This document shows, piece by piece, positions 16,581 to 25,683 of a stretch of 64,000 nt of DNA. Under the pieces are notes generated by a model, which worked only from the letters and a program-made list of their open reading frames with translations, made no database searches and was not told where the DNA came from. Numbering within the stretch: the first letter of the stretch is position 1; every line of letters begins with the position of its first letter. Source of the DNA: Actinomycetota bacterium (GTDB lineage Bacteria > Actinomycetota > Acidimicrobiia > Acidimicrobiales > JACCXE01); assembly GCA_041166405.1 (NCBI GenBank), contig JBEEFV010000031.1:9840-73839 (forward strand), read 5' to 3'. The position numbers and the translations under genes are program-made.

Positions 16581-18233
16581 CTAGGCCCGAGTTGCGAGGA
16601 CGAAGCGGCGAGAGGCGATGGCAGCGATGACCAGAGCCATGCCGAGCAGCGCCATCTGAGCAGTGCCGCCGGTACGGGGCAGGGACCCGTTCGTCGCAGC
16701 AACCGGGGTGGTAAAGCTGGCGCCAGAGGTAACGCTCGCCAGCTTGATCGAAGCTCCACCGGCGAGGGCGTTGACCGCCGGGCCGAGGAGGCCGTTGAAG
16801 GAGGTCATCAGCGTGTCGACCACCGGGAGGGTGCCGCCGGCGCCGGTGAGCACCGAGCCGATACCGACCTTGCCGAGCACACCGTTGACGACCGAGGTCA
16901 GGTTCAGCGGCGGGGTGATGCCAGCGGTGAGAGCGCTCACGCCGGCGAGGGACTTGATGTAGCCGCCGTCCTTGGTGACGCCGGTAGCGGCGTCCTTCTG
17001 GAACATGCTGACGTGCACGAGGTTGGCGAGGTCAGGATCGACCGCACCGAGAACGCTCGAGAGCGTGCCGTTGACGGTGTTCACAACCGAGTTGACCTGA
17101 GCCAGCGTCGAGGCGAGATCGAGACCCGGCAGCGACAGGCCGCCGACGTTGATCGAGCCGATCTTGGCGACGATGTCGGCGGCGGAGCCGTCGACCGTGT
17201 CGGTCGCCTTGGTAACCGCACCGACCTCGACACCGCCGACCTTGAGCAGCGACAGGTTGTCGAGCGCATGGATCGCCGTGTTGAGGACGCCCGTGAGGAG
17301 CGTCTGAACCTGGTCGAGGGTCTGGTTGACCGTGGCGACGGTGTCGCCCACGCTCGGCACGCCGCCCGGCAGGTTGAGCCCGCCGAGGATCGAGCCAGCA
17401 GCGCTGTCGATAGCCGACGTGATCGTCGAGGAAGCCGCAGCGGCCGCCGCGTCGAGCTGCGCCTGGATGCCGTCGATCGCGGTGTTCAGTTCGGCGACGA
17501 AGCTGTCGAGCGTCAGCGAGGTCGGAAGACCGGCCACCGGTACGCCGAGCGTCGCGAGGATCGAGCTGACGGTGCTGACGGGCAGTTCGGCCAGCGGGAT
17601 GCCGAGGCCGTTGAGCAGGGCGCCGAGGTCGAGCACGTTGATGGCGCCCGCCTTGATGGTGCGGCTGCCGTCAGCGTTCGACGAAGCAGCGCTCGTGCCG
17701 AGCGTCGACGAGAGGCCGGCCGCCTTGATGAGGCCGCCCACGAGGCTGATGTTGCCGAGCGACGAGGTCAGTGCCGAGTGGGCACCGTTGGCGTCGACAC
17801 CGGAGGTGAGGCTGGCGGGATCGAGCACGCCGCCGAGCAGCGAGACGGGCAGCGCAACGCCACCGACGTTGCTCAGGTTGAGGCCGGGGCCGGCAACACT
17901 CGGCTGACCGCCGGGCGTGCGGGACTCGACAACCGGCAGGCTGATCTTGTTCAGCGGCGCCGGCAGGATGGTCGACGTCAGCGAAAGCGCGTCGAGGCGG
18001 CTGAACGCCTCAGGCTTCGCAACCGTCGAGGGGTCGATCGTCGAACGAGCTTCGTCGGCGAGGACCTTCAGGTTGAGCACCGAACCGGCGGTACCGACGG
18101 CGACGTTGAGCAAGGAGCTCGACGCGGCCGACGTACCTACACCGGGCGTTGCGGCGTGCGCAGGGCTGACCAGCGTGGCAGCTCCGGCGAGTGAAAGGGC
18201 AGTGGCTGTTGCAGCCACTCGTGCGAATCGCAT
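16581..18233 (-). CDS. LPXTG-anchored cell-surface protein, Leu/Gly/Ser/Ala/Val/Thr/Asn-rich
   Basis: Signal peptide MRFARVAATATALSLAGAATLVSPAHA. The C-terminal sorting signal is LPRTGG, a hydrophobic helix and RRFVLATRA. The start is taken at the second Met (18233). Confidence 0.8.
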   Translation of the reverse strand: MRFARVAATATALSLAGAATLVSPAHAATPGVGTSAASSSLLNVAVGTAGSVLNLKVLADEARSTIDPSTVAKPEAFSRLDALSLTSTILPAPLNKISLPVVESRTPGGQPSVAGPGLNLSNVGGVALPVSLLGGVLDPASLTSGVDANGAHSALTSSLGNISLVGGLIKAAGLSSTLGTSAASSNADGSRTIKAGAINVLDLGALLNGLGIPLAELPVSTVSSILATLGVPVAGLPTSLTLDSFVAELNTAIDGIQAQLDAAAAAASSTITSAIDSAAGSILGGLNLPGGVPSVGDTVATVNQTLDQVQTLLTGVLNTAIHALDNLSLLKVGGVEVGAVTKATDTVDGSAADIVAKIGSINVGGLSLPGLDLASTLAQVNSVVNTVNGTLSSVLGAVDPDLANLVHVSMFQKDAATGVTKDGGYIKSLAGVSALTAGITPPLNLTSVVNGVLGKVGIGSVLTGAGGTLPVVDTLMTSFNGLLGPAVNALAGGASIKLASVTSGASFTTPVAATNGSLPRTGGTAQMALLGMALVIAAIASRRFVLATRA

Positions 18234-18494
18234 GGGTACGGGATCTCCCCAGGTTTGTGGATGGACGAGGTGTCCCAAGCAATGTGAAGGAGCCCGGAGT
18301 GACTAACCATCCCTCGCCCTGACCATTTCGAGCACCCGCACGGGCTAGCCAAAACTGACTAGTCAGGGGTGCGTTTGTGGAGGTCGCGGCATTTGCCGAC
18401 GGCCTTTGCGTAGATCGCGGAGTTCCGGTTTCTTGAGCTTCTGTTGTGATCTTGTGACCAAGGACCTTGAAGGTTCAGCCCTACACTGCGCGCC

Positions 18495-19046
18495 ATGGGC
18501 ATCGTCATCGTCCTCATCGTCGTGATCGTCATCGTCGGTCTCGTGTTGATGGGGATGTACAACCGGCTGGTGCGGTTGCGGAACCGCATCGAGAACGCGT
18601 GGTCGCAAATCGACGTGCAGTTGCAACGCCGCCACGACCTCATTCCGAATCTCGTCGAAACCGTCAAGGGCTACGCCGCGCACGAAAAGGGTGTGCTCGA
18701 GTCGGTCACCCAAGCGCGCGCCAACGCCGTGAACGCGCAGGGCCCCGCCGACAAGGCGGCAGCGGAGAACGTGCTGACCGGCGCGCTGAAGTCGTTGTTC
18801 GCGGTGTCGGAGGCGTATCCGGACCTGAAGGCGAATCAGAACTTCCTGAGCCTGCAAGAAGAGCTGACGTCGTCCGAAGACAAGGTCGCCTACGCGCGGC
18901 AGTTCTACAACGACACCGTGCGGTCGTATAACACCTCGCTGCAGTCGTTCCCCACGAACGTGATGGCAAAGCAGTTCGGGTTCTCCGAGCGCGAGTACTA
19001 CGAAGCCGGCGACGACTCGCGCGGCCCTGTACAGGTCAAGTTCTAG
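18495..19046 (+). CDS. lemA: LemA family membrane protein
   Basis: N-terminal TM helix, then YNRLVRLRNRIENAWSQIDVQLQRRHDLIPNLV, which is typical of LemA. Confidence 0.9.
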   Translation: MGIVIVLIVVIVIVGLVLMGMYNRLVRLRNRIENAWSQIDVQLQRRHDLIPNLVETVKGYAAHEKGVLESVTQARANAVNAQGPADKAAAENVLTGALKSLFAVSEAYPDLKANQNFLSLQEELTSSEDKVAYARQFYNDTVRSYNTSLQSFPTNVMAKQFGFSEREYYEAGDDSRGPVQVKF

Positions 19047-19052
19047 AACCCC

Positions 19053-19955
19053 TTGTACGACCAAGTCGCGTCGAACAAACGACGCTCCGTCATCTTGATC
19101 GCCGCCTTCGTGGTGCTGGTGTTCGTCGTCGCGTGGGCGTTCAACGAGCTCCTTGGTTACGGCGTCGCCGGCCTGATCGTGGCGTTGGTGATCACGCTCG
19201 TGACCTCTTTCGCGGCGTACTGGAAGTCGGACGCGGTTGCGCTGGCGATGAGTCACGCCAAACCCGCGGATCCCACCCGGTACGCACGGCTGCACAACCT
19301 CGTCGAGGGTTTGTGCATCGCCGCGGGATTGCCAAAGCCGCGCGTGTACGTGATCGACGACGACGCGCCCAACGCCTTCGCCACCGGACGCAACCCGCAG
19401 CACGCTGCGGTGGCGGTGACGACGGGGTTGCTCGACAAGATGACCCGGGTCGAACTCGAAGGCGTGCTGGCGCACGAGCTCAGCCACGTCAAGAACTACG
19501 ACATCCTCGTGTCGACGCTGGCGGTGACGATGGTCGGCGTCATCGCGCTGCTGTCCGATTGGGGCCTGCGCACGATCTTCTGGGGTGGCGGGCGGCGCCG
19601 TGACAACGAGAGCGCGGGACCGCAAGCGATCTTCGCGCTGCTCGGATTCGCGCTGCTGATTCTCGTGCCCATCGTGGCGAAGTTGATGCAGTTCGCCGTC
19701 AGCCGGCGCCGGGAAGCATTGGCCGATGTTTCGGGAGTGTCCCTTACGCGGTATCCCCCTGGTCTCATTTCCGCGCTGGAAAAGCTGAAGGAGGACCAGA
19801 CCGTCGTGCACTCTGGTTCACGCGCCACTGCGCATCTCTGGATCGAAGCGCCCGTCGCCCGCCGTCCCGAAGAGGGACGCATGGCGTGGGTCGGTCGGCT
19901 CTTCGATACTCATCCGCCGCTCGACGAGCGCATCGAGGCACTGCGAGAACTATGA
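19053..19955 (+). CDS. htpX: M48-family zinc protease HtpX
   Basis: HELSHVKNYD zinc motif, four TM segments, standard LemA-HtpX pairing. Confidence 0.9.
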   Translation: MYDQVASNKRRSVILIAAFVVLVFVVAWAFNELLGYGVAGLIVALVITLVTSFAAYWKSDAVALAMSHAKPADPTRYARLHNLVEGLCIAAGLPKPRVYVIDDDAPNAFATGRNPQHAAVAVTTGLLDKMTRVELEGVLAHELSHVKNYDILVSTLAVTMVGVIALLSDWGLRTIFWGGGRRRDNESAGPQAIFALLGFALLILVPIVAKLMQFAVSRRREALADVSGVSLTRYPPGLISALEKLKEDQTVVHSGSRATAHLWIEAPVARRPEEGRMAWVGRLFDTHPPLDERIEALREL

Positions 19956-20986
19956 GACGACGAATCCTCGCAGCGGCGTTTGTCGCCGCTGCGGTGCTGG
20001 CCGGCTGCTCGTCAAAAGACGACGGCAAGAAGGCTTCGCCGACGACGCACAAGACGGCAGACTCGACGACGATCACCGTCGGCGCCGACGTCGACCCGCT
20101 GACGGGTGAGGCGGCCGATCCCGCGACGCGCAACCGCCCCGCGCTCGTCGTCAAGATCGACAACAACCAGGCGAAGTCGTATCCCCAGTTCGGGATCGCG
20201 TCCGCCGACATCGTCGTGTGCGAGGGCGTCGAGGGCGGGATCACGCGCCTCATGGCGATCTTCCACTCCCACGACGCCGACACCGTCGGACCGATTCGCT
20301 CGGCGCGCTCGAGCGACCTGCACCTCGCCGAACCGCTCGGGCGCCCCCTGTTCGCGTACTCGGGGACGAACGGCAACTTCCAGGATTTGATCAACCACTC
20401 GCCGCTGATCGACCTCAGCCCGAACAAGCTGCCGGCTGCGTACCACCGCGACGCGTCGCGTCCGGCCCCGTACAACCTGTTCTCGGGAACACCGAAGTTC
20501 TACGCAGCGACGCCCGCAAGCGCCACGGCGCCGAAACCGTTGTTCCGTTTCGGCGCCGCCGGTACCGCTGCCGGAGGCACTCCCGTCGCCAAGCTCGACC
20601 TGCATTGGAAAATGCCCGATCGTCCGACGAGCACGAGCGTCAGCTGGTCGTTCGCCGGCGGCAAGGGCAGTCGCGTGCAGGAAGGCAAGGCGACGGTCGA
20701 CGCGTCGGGCGCGGCGATCGCGCCGCGCAACATCGTGGTGTTGTTCGTGCAGTATCCCGACAGCGGCGAACGCGACCAGTCCAAGTCGATCGTGCCGGAG
20801 GCCAAGCTCGAAGGCGTCGGCGAGGCGTGGGTCATCCGCGACGGGATGATCACCCGTGGCAAGTGGACCAAGCCGGCCGACGATGCGCCCATCCAGTTGG
20901 CCGACGCCAACGGCAAGCCGATCGACTTGCTTCCCGGCAAGACTTGGGTCGAACTTCCCGCTCCCGGTAACGCGACCGTTGCGTAA
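19952..20986 (+). CDS. DUF3048-domain lipoprotein, paralog 1
   Basis: MRRRILAAAFVAAAVLAGCSS lipobox. RPALVVKIDNNQAKSYPQFGIASADIVVCEGVEGGITRLMAIFHS is the DUF3048 core. The ATG overlaps the htpX stop. Confidence 0.75.
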   Translation: MRRRILAAAFVAAAVLAGCSSKDDGKKASPTTHKTADSTTITVGADVDPLTGEAADPATRNRPALVVKIDNNQAKSYPQFGIASADIVVCEGVEGGITRLMAIFHSHDADTVGPIRSARSSDLHLAEPLGRPLFAYSGTNGNFQDLINHSPLIDLSPNKLPAAYHRDASRPAPYNLFSGTPKFYAATPASATAPKPLFRFGAAGTAAGGTPVAKLDLHWKMPDRPTSTSVSWSFAGGKGSRVQEGKATVDASGAAIAPRNIVVLFVQYPDSGERDQSKSIVPEAKLEGVGEAWVIRDGMITRGKWTKPADDAPIQLADANGKPIDLLPGKTWVELPAPGNATVA

Positions 20987-22073
20987 CCGCCGCGTTGTCG
21001 CGGCCGGGTTGCTCGCCATCGCGTTGGTGGCATCGGGGTGTGCGAGCAAACACAAGTCGCCGTTCAGCGAACTGCCGAATGGCGACCTGACGCCGACGAT
21101 CCCGCGCACGAGCGTCACCAGCAACACTGTCGCCTCGCCGCTCACCGGCGCGCTGATCAGCCCGTCGGTCGCGGCGCGCCCGGCGGTGATCGTGAAGGTC
21201 GACGACTCGCCCGACGCCCGTCCGCAAGCGGGGCTCGCGGATGCCGACGTGATTTACGAAGAGCGCGTCGAAGGCTCGGTGGTGCGCTTCTTGTCGGTGT
21301 TCCAGTCGAAGGACGTTTCGGTCGTAGGTCCGGTGCGATCGGTGCGCTCCACCGACGCGGCGGTCGTCGCGCCGATCGGCGGCGTGTTCGCCTTCAGCGG
21401 CGGCATCACGCCGTTCATCAACCGCGTGAAGGCGACGGGTGTGCTCACCGTGACCGAAAGCGACGACCCGCGCGTCGGGGTGTACAAGCGCGCCGGCAAA
21501 GTGCGGCCGTACGCGACGTACGCCAACACGACGAAGCTGCGCGCGCAGCTGCGGGGGCAGGTGCACGCGCCGCCGCCGCTGTTCGCCCGGATCCGACCGG
21601 GGACGTCGTTCGGCGAGGCGAACCCGTCGGCGCGTCCGATCACCAGCATGCGGATCGTCTTCGGTTCATTGACCACCGCGGACTGGACGTGGGACAAGAC
21701 CAAACAACAGTGGCTGCGGTCGACGAACGGCACCGTCCACCTGCTCGAAGGCCACGACCGCCTGTCGACGGGGTGCGTCATCCTCGAGACGGTTCCGTAC
21801 AAGCCGACGCAGTACACGGATCGTGCCAACTTCGGCGTCGACGAAGCCGTGATCACGGGCACCGGCAAAGCGCAGGTCGCCTGCGACGGCGCCGTGGTCG
21901 CGGCGCGCTGGTCGAAGCCGACGCTGAAGTCGGTCACGAGCTACGTGAGCGAGGCGACCGGGGCGGCGATCCAGTTGCCGGTCGGCCGCGTGTGGGTGTC
22001 GTTGGTGCCCACCAACGGCGTAATAACGATGAAATCGCCGACGGCCTCGACCACTACCATTGGCAAGCGATGA
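20979..22073 (+). CDS. DUF3048-domain lipoprotein, paralog 2
   Basis: A TTG start gives [21 protein letters not shown] (lipobox). [44 protein letters not shown] parallels paralog 1. Confidence 0.75.
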   Translation: MRNRRVVAAGLLAIALVASGCASKHKSPFSELPNGDLTPTIPRTSVTSNTVASPLTGALISPSVAARPAVIVKVDDSPDARPQAGLADADVIYEERVEGSVVRFLSVFQSKDVSVVGPVRSVRSTDAAVVAPIGGVFAFSGGITPFINRVKATGVLTVTESDDPRVGVYKRAGKVRPYATYANTTKLRAQLRGQVHAPPPLFARIRPGTSFGEANPSARPITSMRIVFGSLTTADWTWDKTKQQWLRSTNGTVHLLEGHDRLSTGCVILETVPYKPTQYTDRANFGVDEAVITGTGKAQVACDGAVVAARWSKPTLKSVTSYVSEATGAAIQLPVGRVWVSLVPTNGVITMKSPTASTTTIGKR

Positions 22074-22954
22074 GCGAAAAGACCGTCGGAACCGACCGCG
22101 TCAAGCGCGGGCTTGCGGAGATGTTGCGGGGCGGCGTCATCATGGACGTCGTCGACGCCGAGCAGGCCAAGATCGCCGAAGACGCAGGTGCGGTTTCGGT
22201 CATGGCGCTCGAGCGCGTCCCCGCCGACATCCGCCGCGACGGCGGGGTTGCCCGCATGAGCGACCCGGCGCTGATCGAAGGCATCAAGGCGGCGGTCACG
22301 ATCCCGGTGATGGCCAAGGCGCGCATCGGCCACTTCGCCGAGGCGCAGATACTCCAGGCGCTCGGCGTCGACTTCATCGACGAGTCGGAAGTGCTCACGC
22401 CCGCCGACGAGTCGCACCACATCGACAAGTGGGCCTTCGACGTTCCCTTCGTGTGCGGCGCCACCAACCTCGGCGAGGCGCTGCGGCGCATCAGCGAAGG
22501 CGCGGCGATGATCCGCTCCAAGGGCGAGGCGGGCACCGGTGACGTCGTGCACGCGGTGCGCCACCTGCGCAAGATCATCGGCGACATCAAAGCGATCGGC
22601 ACCGCCGACGCGCCCGAGCGCTATCGCTGGGCGAAGGAATTGCAAGCGCCGATTTCGCTGGTCGAGGAAATCGCACAGCTCGGGTCGCTGCCGGTCCCGA
22701 TGTTCTGCGCCGGAGGCATCGCCACGCCGGCCGACGCCGCGCTCGTGATGCAACTCGGGGCCGAAGCGGTGTTCGTCGGCTCGGGCATCTTCAAGAGCGA
22801 CGACCCGGCGCGCCGCGCCGCTGCGATTGTGGAAGCGACGACGCACTACCTCGACGCTGACGTCGTGGCGAAGGTCTCGCGCGGGTTGGGCGAAGCGATG
22901 CGCGGCATCGAGGCGGCGTCGATCGAAAAGCCGCTCGCCGACCGAGGCTGGTAG
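22070..22954 (+). CDS. pdxS: pyridoxal 5'-phosphate synthase, lyase subunit PdxS
   Basis: [45 protein letters not shown]; near-universal PdxS sequence. Confidence 0.95.
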   Translation: MSEKTVGTDRVKRGLAEMLRGGVIMDVVDAEQAKIAEDAGAVSVMALERVPADIRRDGGVARMSDPALIEGIKAAVTIPVMAKARIGHFAEAQILQALGVDFIDESEVLTPADESHHIDKWAFDVPFVCGATNLGEALRRISEGAAMIRSKGEAGTGDVVHAVRHLRKIIGDIKAIGTADAPERYRWAKELQAPISLVEEIAQLGSLPVPMFCAGGIATPADAALVMQLGAEAVFVGSGIFKSDDPARRAAAIVEATTHYLDADVVAKVSRGLGEAMRGIEAASIEKPLADRGW

Positions 22955-22969
22955 CTCGGGTGCCTCCAG

Positions 22970-23542
22970 GTGCGCGTCGGGATCCTGGCCCTCCAGGGAG
23001 CCGTTCGCGAGCACGCTGACGCGTTCGCGCGCCTCGGCGTCGACGCCGTCGCCGTAAAGCAACCCGACGAACTCGACGGACTCGACGCGCTCGTCCTTCC
23101 CGGCGGCGAGTCGACGACGATGTCGATGCTGCTCGAGCGTTCCGCGCTCTTCGATCCCGTCGCCAAACTGCTCGACGACGGCATGCCCGCACTCGGCACG
23201 TGCGCCGGGATGATCCTGCTGGCCAACGACGTGCTCGACGGGCGCGCCGATCAGCGCAACTTCGGCGCCATCGACATCGGCGTGCGCCGCAACGCGTGGG
23301 GCCGTCAGGTCGACAGCTTCGAAACCGATCTGCGCGTCGACGGCCTCAGCTCGGACTTCCACGCAGTGTTCATCCGCGCACCACGAGTCGAGCGCGTCGG
23401 CGACGACGTCGAAGTGCTCGCCGCCATCGACGACGAACCGGTGCTGTGCCGGTCGGGTTCGATCGTCGTCTCGAGTTTTCACCCGGAGCTCTCCGGTGAC
23501 TTCCGTATTCACCAGTTGTTCCTCGAAGGGATACCGCAATGA
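22970..23542 (+). CDS. pdxT: pyridoxal 5'-phosphate synthase, glutaminase subunit PdxT
   Basis: GILALQGAVREH, LVLPGGESTTM, GTCAGMILLA (catalytic Cys), SFHPE. Confidence 0.9.
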   Translation: MRVGILALQGAVREHADAFARLGVDAVAVKQPDELDGLDALVLPGGESTTMSMLLERSALFDPVAKLLDDGMPALGTCAGMILLANDVLDGRADQRNFGAIDIGVRRNAWGRQVDSFETDLRVDGLSSDFHAVFIRAPRVERVGDDVEVLAAIDDEPVLCRSGSIVVSSFHPELSGDFRIHQLFLEGIPQ

Positions 23543-24285
23543 GTGGCCACAGCAAATGGGCGACGATCAAGCACAAGAAAGGCGCGGCCGACCAGGCACG
23601 GGCCAAGAACTTCGCCAAACTCCTCCGGATAGTCGAGGTCGCGGCGCGCGAAGGCGGCAGCGATGTGACCATGAACGCGTCGCTGCGCGCCGCCGTCACC
23701 AAAGCGCGTGACAACTCCGTGCCTGCGGACACGATCGAACGGGCGATTAAGCGCGGCAGCGGCGAACTCGAGGGTGTGAACTACGAGCAGGTGATGTACG
23801 AGGGCTACTCCGCGGGTGGCGTCGCCATGCTCGTCGATGCCCTGACCGACAACCGCAATCGCACCGGCGCCGAGGTGCGCTCGATCTTTTCGAAGAACGG
23901 CGGCGCGATGGCCGAGCCCGGCGCGGTGGCATGGCAATTCGACCGCAAGGGCGTGCTGATGGTCCCGTCATCGGTCGGCGAGGACCAGCTGATGGAAGTC
24001 GCCTTGGAAGCCGGCGCCGAGGACATCGCCGAGCAGGGCGACGTCTTCCAGGTGACCTGCGCGCCGAGCGATCTCACCTCACTGCGCAGCGCGCTCGAGG
24101 AAGCCGGCATCGCCATCGACTCTGCCGAAACGACGATGCTGCCGCAGAACACGATTCCCGTCACGGAGGAGAACGTGGCCAAGCAAGTGCTGCGCATGCT
24201 CGACGCGCTCGAAGACAACGACGACGTGCAGAACGTCTACGCCAACTTCGACATCTCCGACGACCTCTTCGCCGTCCTGGCCTAG
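23539..24285 (+). CDS. yebC: YebC/PmpR-family DNA-binding transcriptional regulator
   Basis: MSGHSKWATIKHKKGAADQARAK N-terminus, diagnostic of the family. Confidence 0.95.
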   Translation: MSGHSKWATIKHKKGAADQARAKNFAKLLRIVEVAAREGGSDVTMNASLRAAVTKARDNSVPADTIERAIKRGSGELEGVNYEQVMYEGYSAGGVAMLVDALTDNRNRTGAEVRSIFSKNGGAMAEPGAVAWQFDRKGVLMVPSSVGEDQLMEVALEAGAEDIAEQGDVFQVTCAPSDLTSLRSALEEAGIAIDSAETTMLPQNTIPVTEENVAKQVLRMLDALEDNDDVQNVYANFDISDDLFAVLA

Positions 24286-24293
24286 CTCCTTTT

Positions 24294-24346
24294 CCGAACT
24301 GGTCCTCCCAGTAACCGTGCCGCGGTTACTGGGAGGACCAGTTCGG
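24294..24346. terminator. long perfect hairpin (24-bp stem) between convergent genes; REP-like, termini CCGAACTGG/CCAGTTCGG
   Basis: CCGAACTGGTCCTCCCAGTAACCG - loop - CGGTTACTGGGAGGACCAGTTCGG, flanked by TTTT and AAAAAA. Confidence 0.65.
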
Positions 24347-24366
24347 TAAAAAACGACGGGCGCCGC

Positions 24367-24648
24367 TCAGTCGGCGCGGAGGTCGGCGTACTCGGGGTTC
24401 TGGTGCAGGAAGTCGCGGACGAACCAGCAGGCGGCGCGGACTTTGGCGCCGCGGCGGCGGACGTCGTCGAGGGCGGCGCGCACGAGTCGGTCACCGAGGC
24501 CGGTGCCGCGCAGCGGGGGAGCGATCTCGGTGTGTGGGAAGACGACGGTGTCGCCGTCGGGGTGATACTCGGCGATGCCGATCACCTTGTCGTCGTCGAG
24601 CAGCTCGTAACGCTGCGCCTTCTCGTTCCGTCGCACTTCGAGGTTCAC
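24367..24648 (-). CDS. small GNAT-fold N-acetyltransferase (YjdJ-like)
   Basis: AQRYELLDDDKVIGIAEYHPDGDTVVFPHTEIAPPLRGTGLGDRLVRAALDDVRRRGAKVRAACWFV. The start is set at in-frame GTG 24648; the longer ORF would overlap the divergent peroxiredoxin gene. Confidence 0.7.
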   Translation of the reverse strand: MNLEVRRNEKAQRYELLDDDKVIGIAEYHPDGDTVVFPHTEIAPPLRGTGLGDRLVRAALDDVRRRGAKVRAACWFVRDFLHQNPEYADLRAD

Positions 24649-24685
24649 ATTGGGAGTAGTACCCGCTGTATGCGAGCCTTGTGCC

Positions 24686-25138
24686 ATGGCGATCGGCGTT
24701 GGCGACACCGCACCGGATTTCACGCTGCTCGGCACCGGCGGCGCGTCGTACACGCTGTCGGAGTTGCGCGGGGCGCCCGTCGTGCTGGCGTTCTATCCGG
24801 GTGACAACACACCGGTGTGCACGAAACAACTCGATTCCTATCAAGGCGACCTGGCCGGATTCGCCGAGGTCGGCGCCAAGATGTTCGGCATCAGCCCGCA
24901 GTCGGTCGAGAGTCACGACGAGTTCTCGTGCAAGCGCGGCTACAAGTTTCCGCTCCTCGCCGACACCGACAAGAAGGTCGGCGAGGCGTACGGAGTCCTC
25001 GGCCCGCTCGGCTTCTACCGCCGCAGCGTGTTCGTGATCGACACTGCGGGCGTCATCCGCTACGTGCACCGCGCCATGGCGGGACTCACGTTCAAGCCGT
25101 CGAGCGAACTCATCGCCGCGGTCAAAGCCGCGTCGTAA
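24686..25138 (+). CDS. bcp: thiol peroxidase / peroxiredoxin (Bcp-type)
   Basis: GDTAPDFTL...VVLAFYPGDNTPVCTKQL (peroxidatic Cys), FPLLADTDKKV. Confidence 0.85.
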   Translation: MAIGVGDTAPDFTLLGTGGASYTLSELRGAPVVLAFYPGDNTPVCTKQLDSYQGDLAGFAEVGAKMFGISPQSVESHDEFSCKRGYKFPLLADTDKKVGEAYGVLGPLGFYRRSVFVIDTAGVIRYVHRAMAGLTFKPSSELIAAVKAAS

Positions 25139-25182
25139 CCGTCCACCACCGGCGCACACCCCGTCGGTAGCATTACGAACGC

Positions 25183-25683
25183 ATGTTCGTCTTGGGGGTA
25201 GATCCCGGCCTGTCGCGGTGTGGCTATGGCGCGGTGCGCGTCGCGGCCGACGGGCGACTCGTCGCCGAAGCGGCCGGCGTGCTGCGCACCGATCCGGCGG
25301 CCCCGTTGCCCCGGCGGCTCTCGGTGCTGATGGCCGACCTCAAGGCGCTGCTCGACGAACTGCGACCCGACGCCGTCGCCGTCGAAAAGGTCTTCTTCCA
25401 GACCAACGTGCGCACCGCGATGTCGGTGGGCCAGGCCAGTGGCCTCGCCCTCGCGCTGGCCGACGAGATGGGTTGCGAAGTCGCCGAGTACACGGCCAAC
25501 GAAGTGAAGTCGATCGTCGCCGGGTACGGCGCGGCCACCAAGACGCAGGTGCAGCAGATGGTGCAGGCGCAACTGGGTCTGGCGACACCGCCGCGTCCGC
25601 CTGACGCCGCCGACGCGCTGGCGCTGGCGCTCACGCATGCGACTCTCGGTCCGCGGCGCGCCCGGCTGGCAGTGGCGCTGTGA
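25183..25683 (+). CDS. ruvC: crossover junction endodeoxyribonuclease RuvC
   Basis: VLGVDPGLSRCGYG, AVEKVFFQTNVRTA, TKTQVQQMV, PDAADALALAL. Confidence 0.9.
   Translation: MFVLGVDPGLSRCGYGAVRVAADGRLVAEAAGVLRTDPAAPLPRRLSVLMADLKALLDELRPDAVAVEKVFFQTNVRTAMSVGQASGLALALADEMGCEVAEYTANEVKSIVAGYGAATKTQVQQMVQAQLGLATPPRPPDAADALALALTHATLGPRRARLAVAL

Noticed and set aside
16554-18194. A 546-aa plus-strand ORF antisense to the LPXTG surface-protein gene.
   Set aside because: The minus-strand frame has a signal peptide and a complete LPXTG sorting signal. The plus-strand translation is Arg/Asp/Gly/Glu-rich with no features, so it is treated as a shadow ORF.
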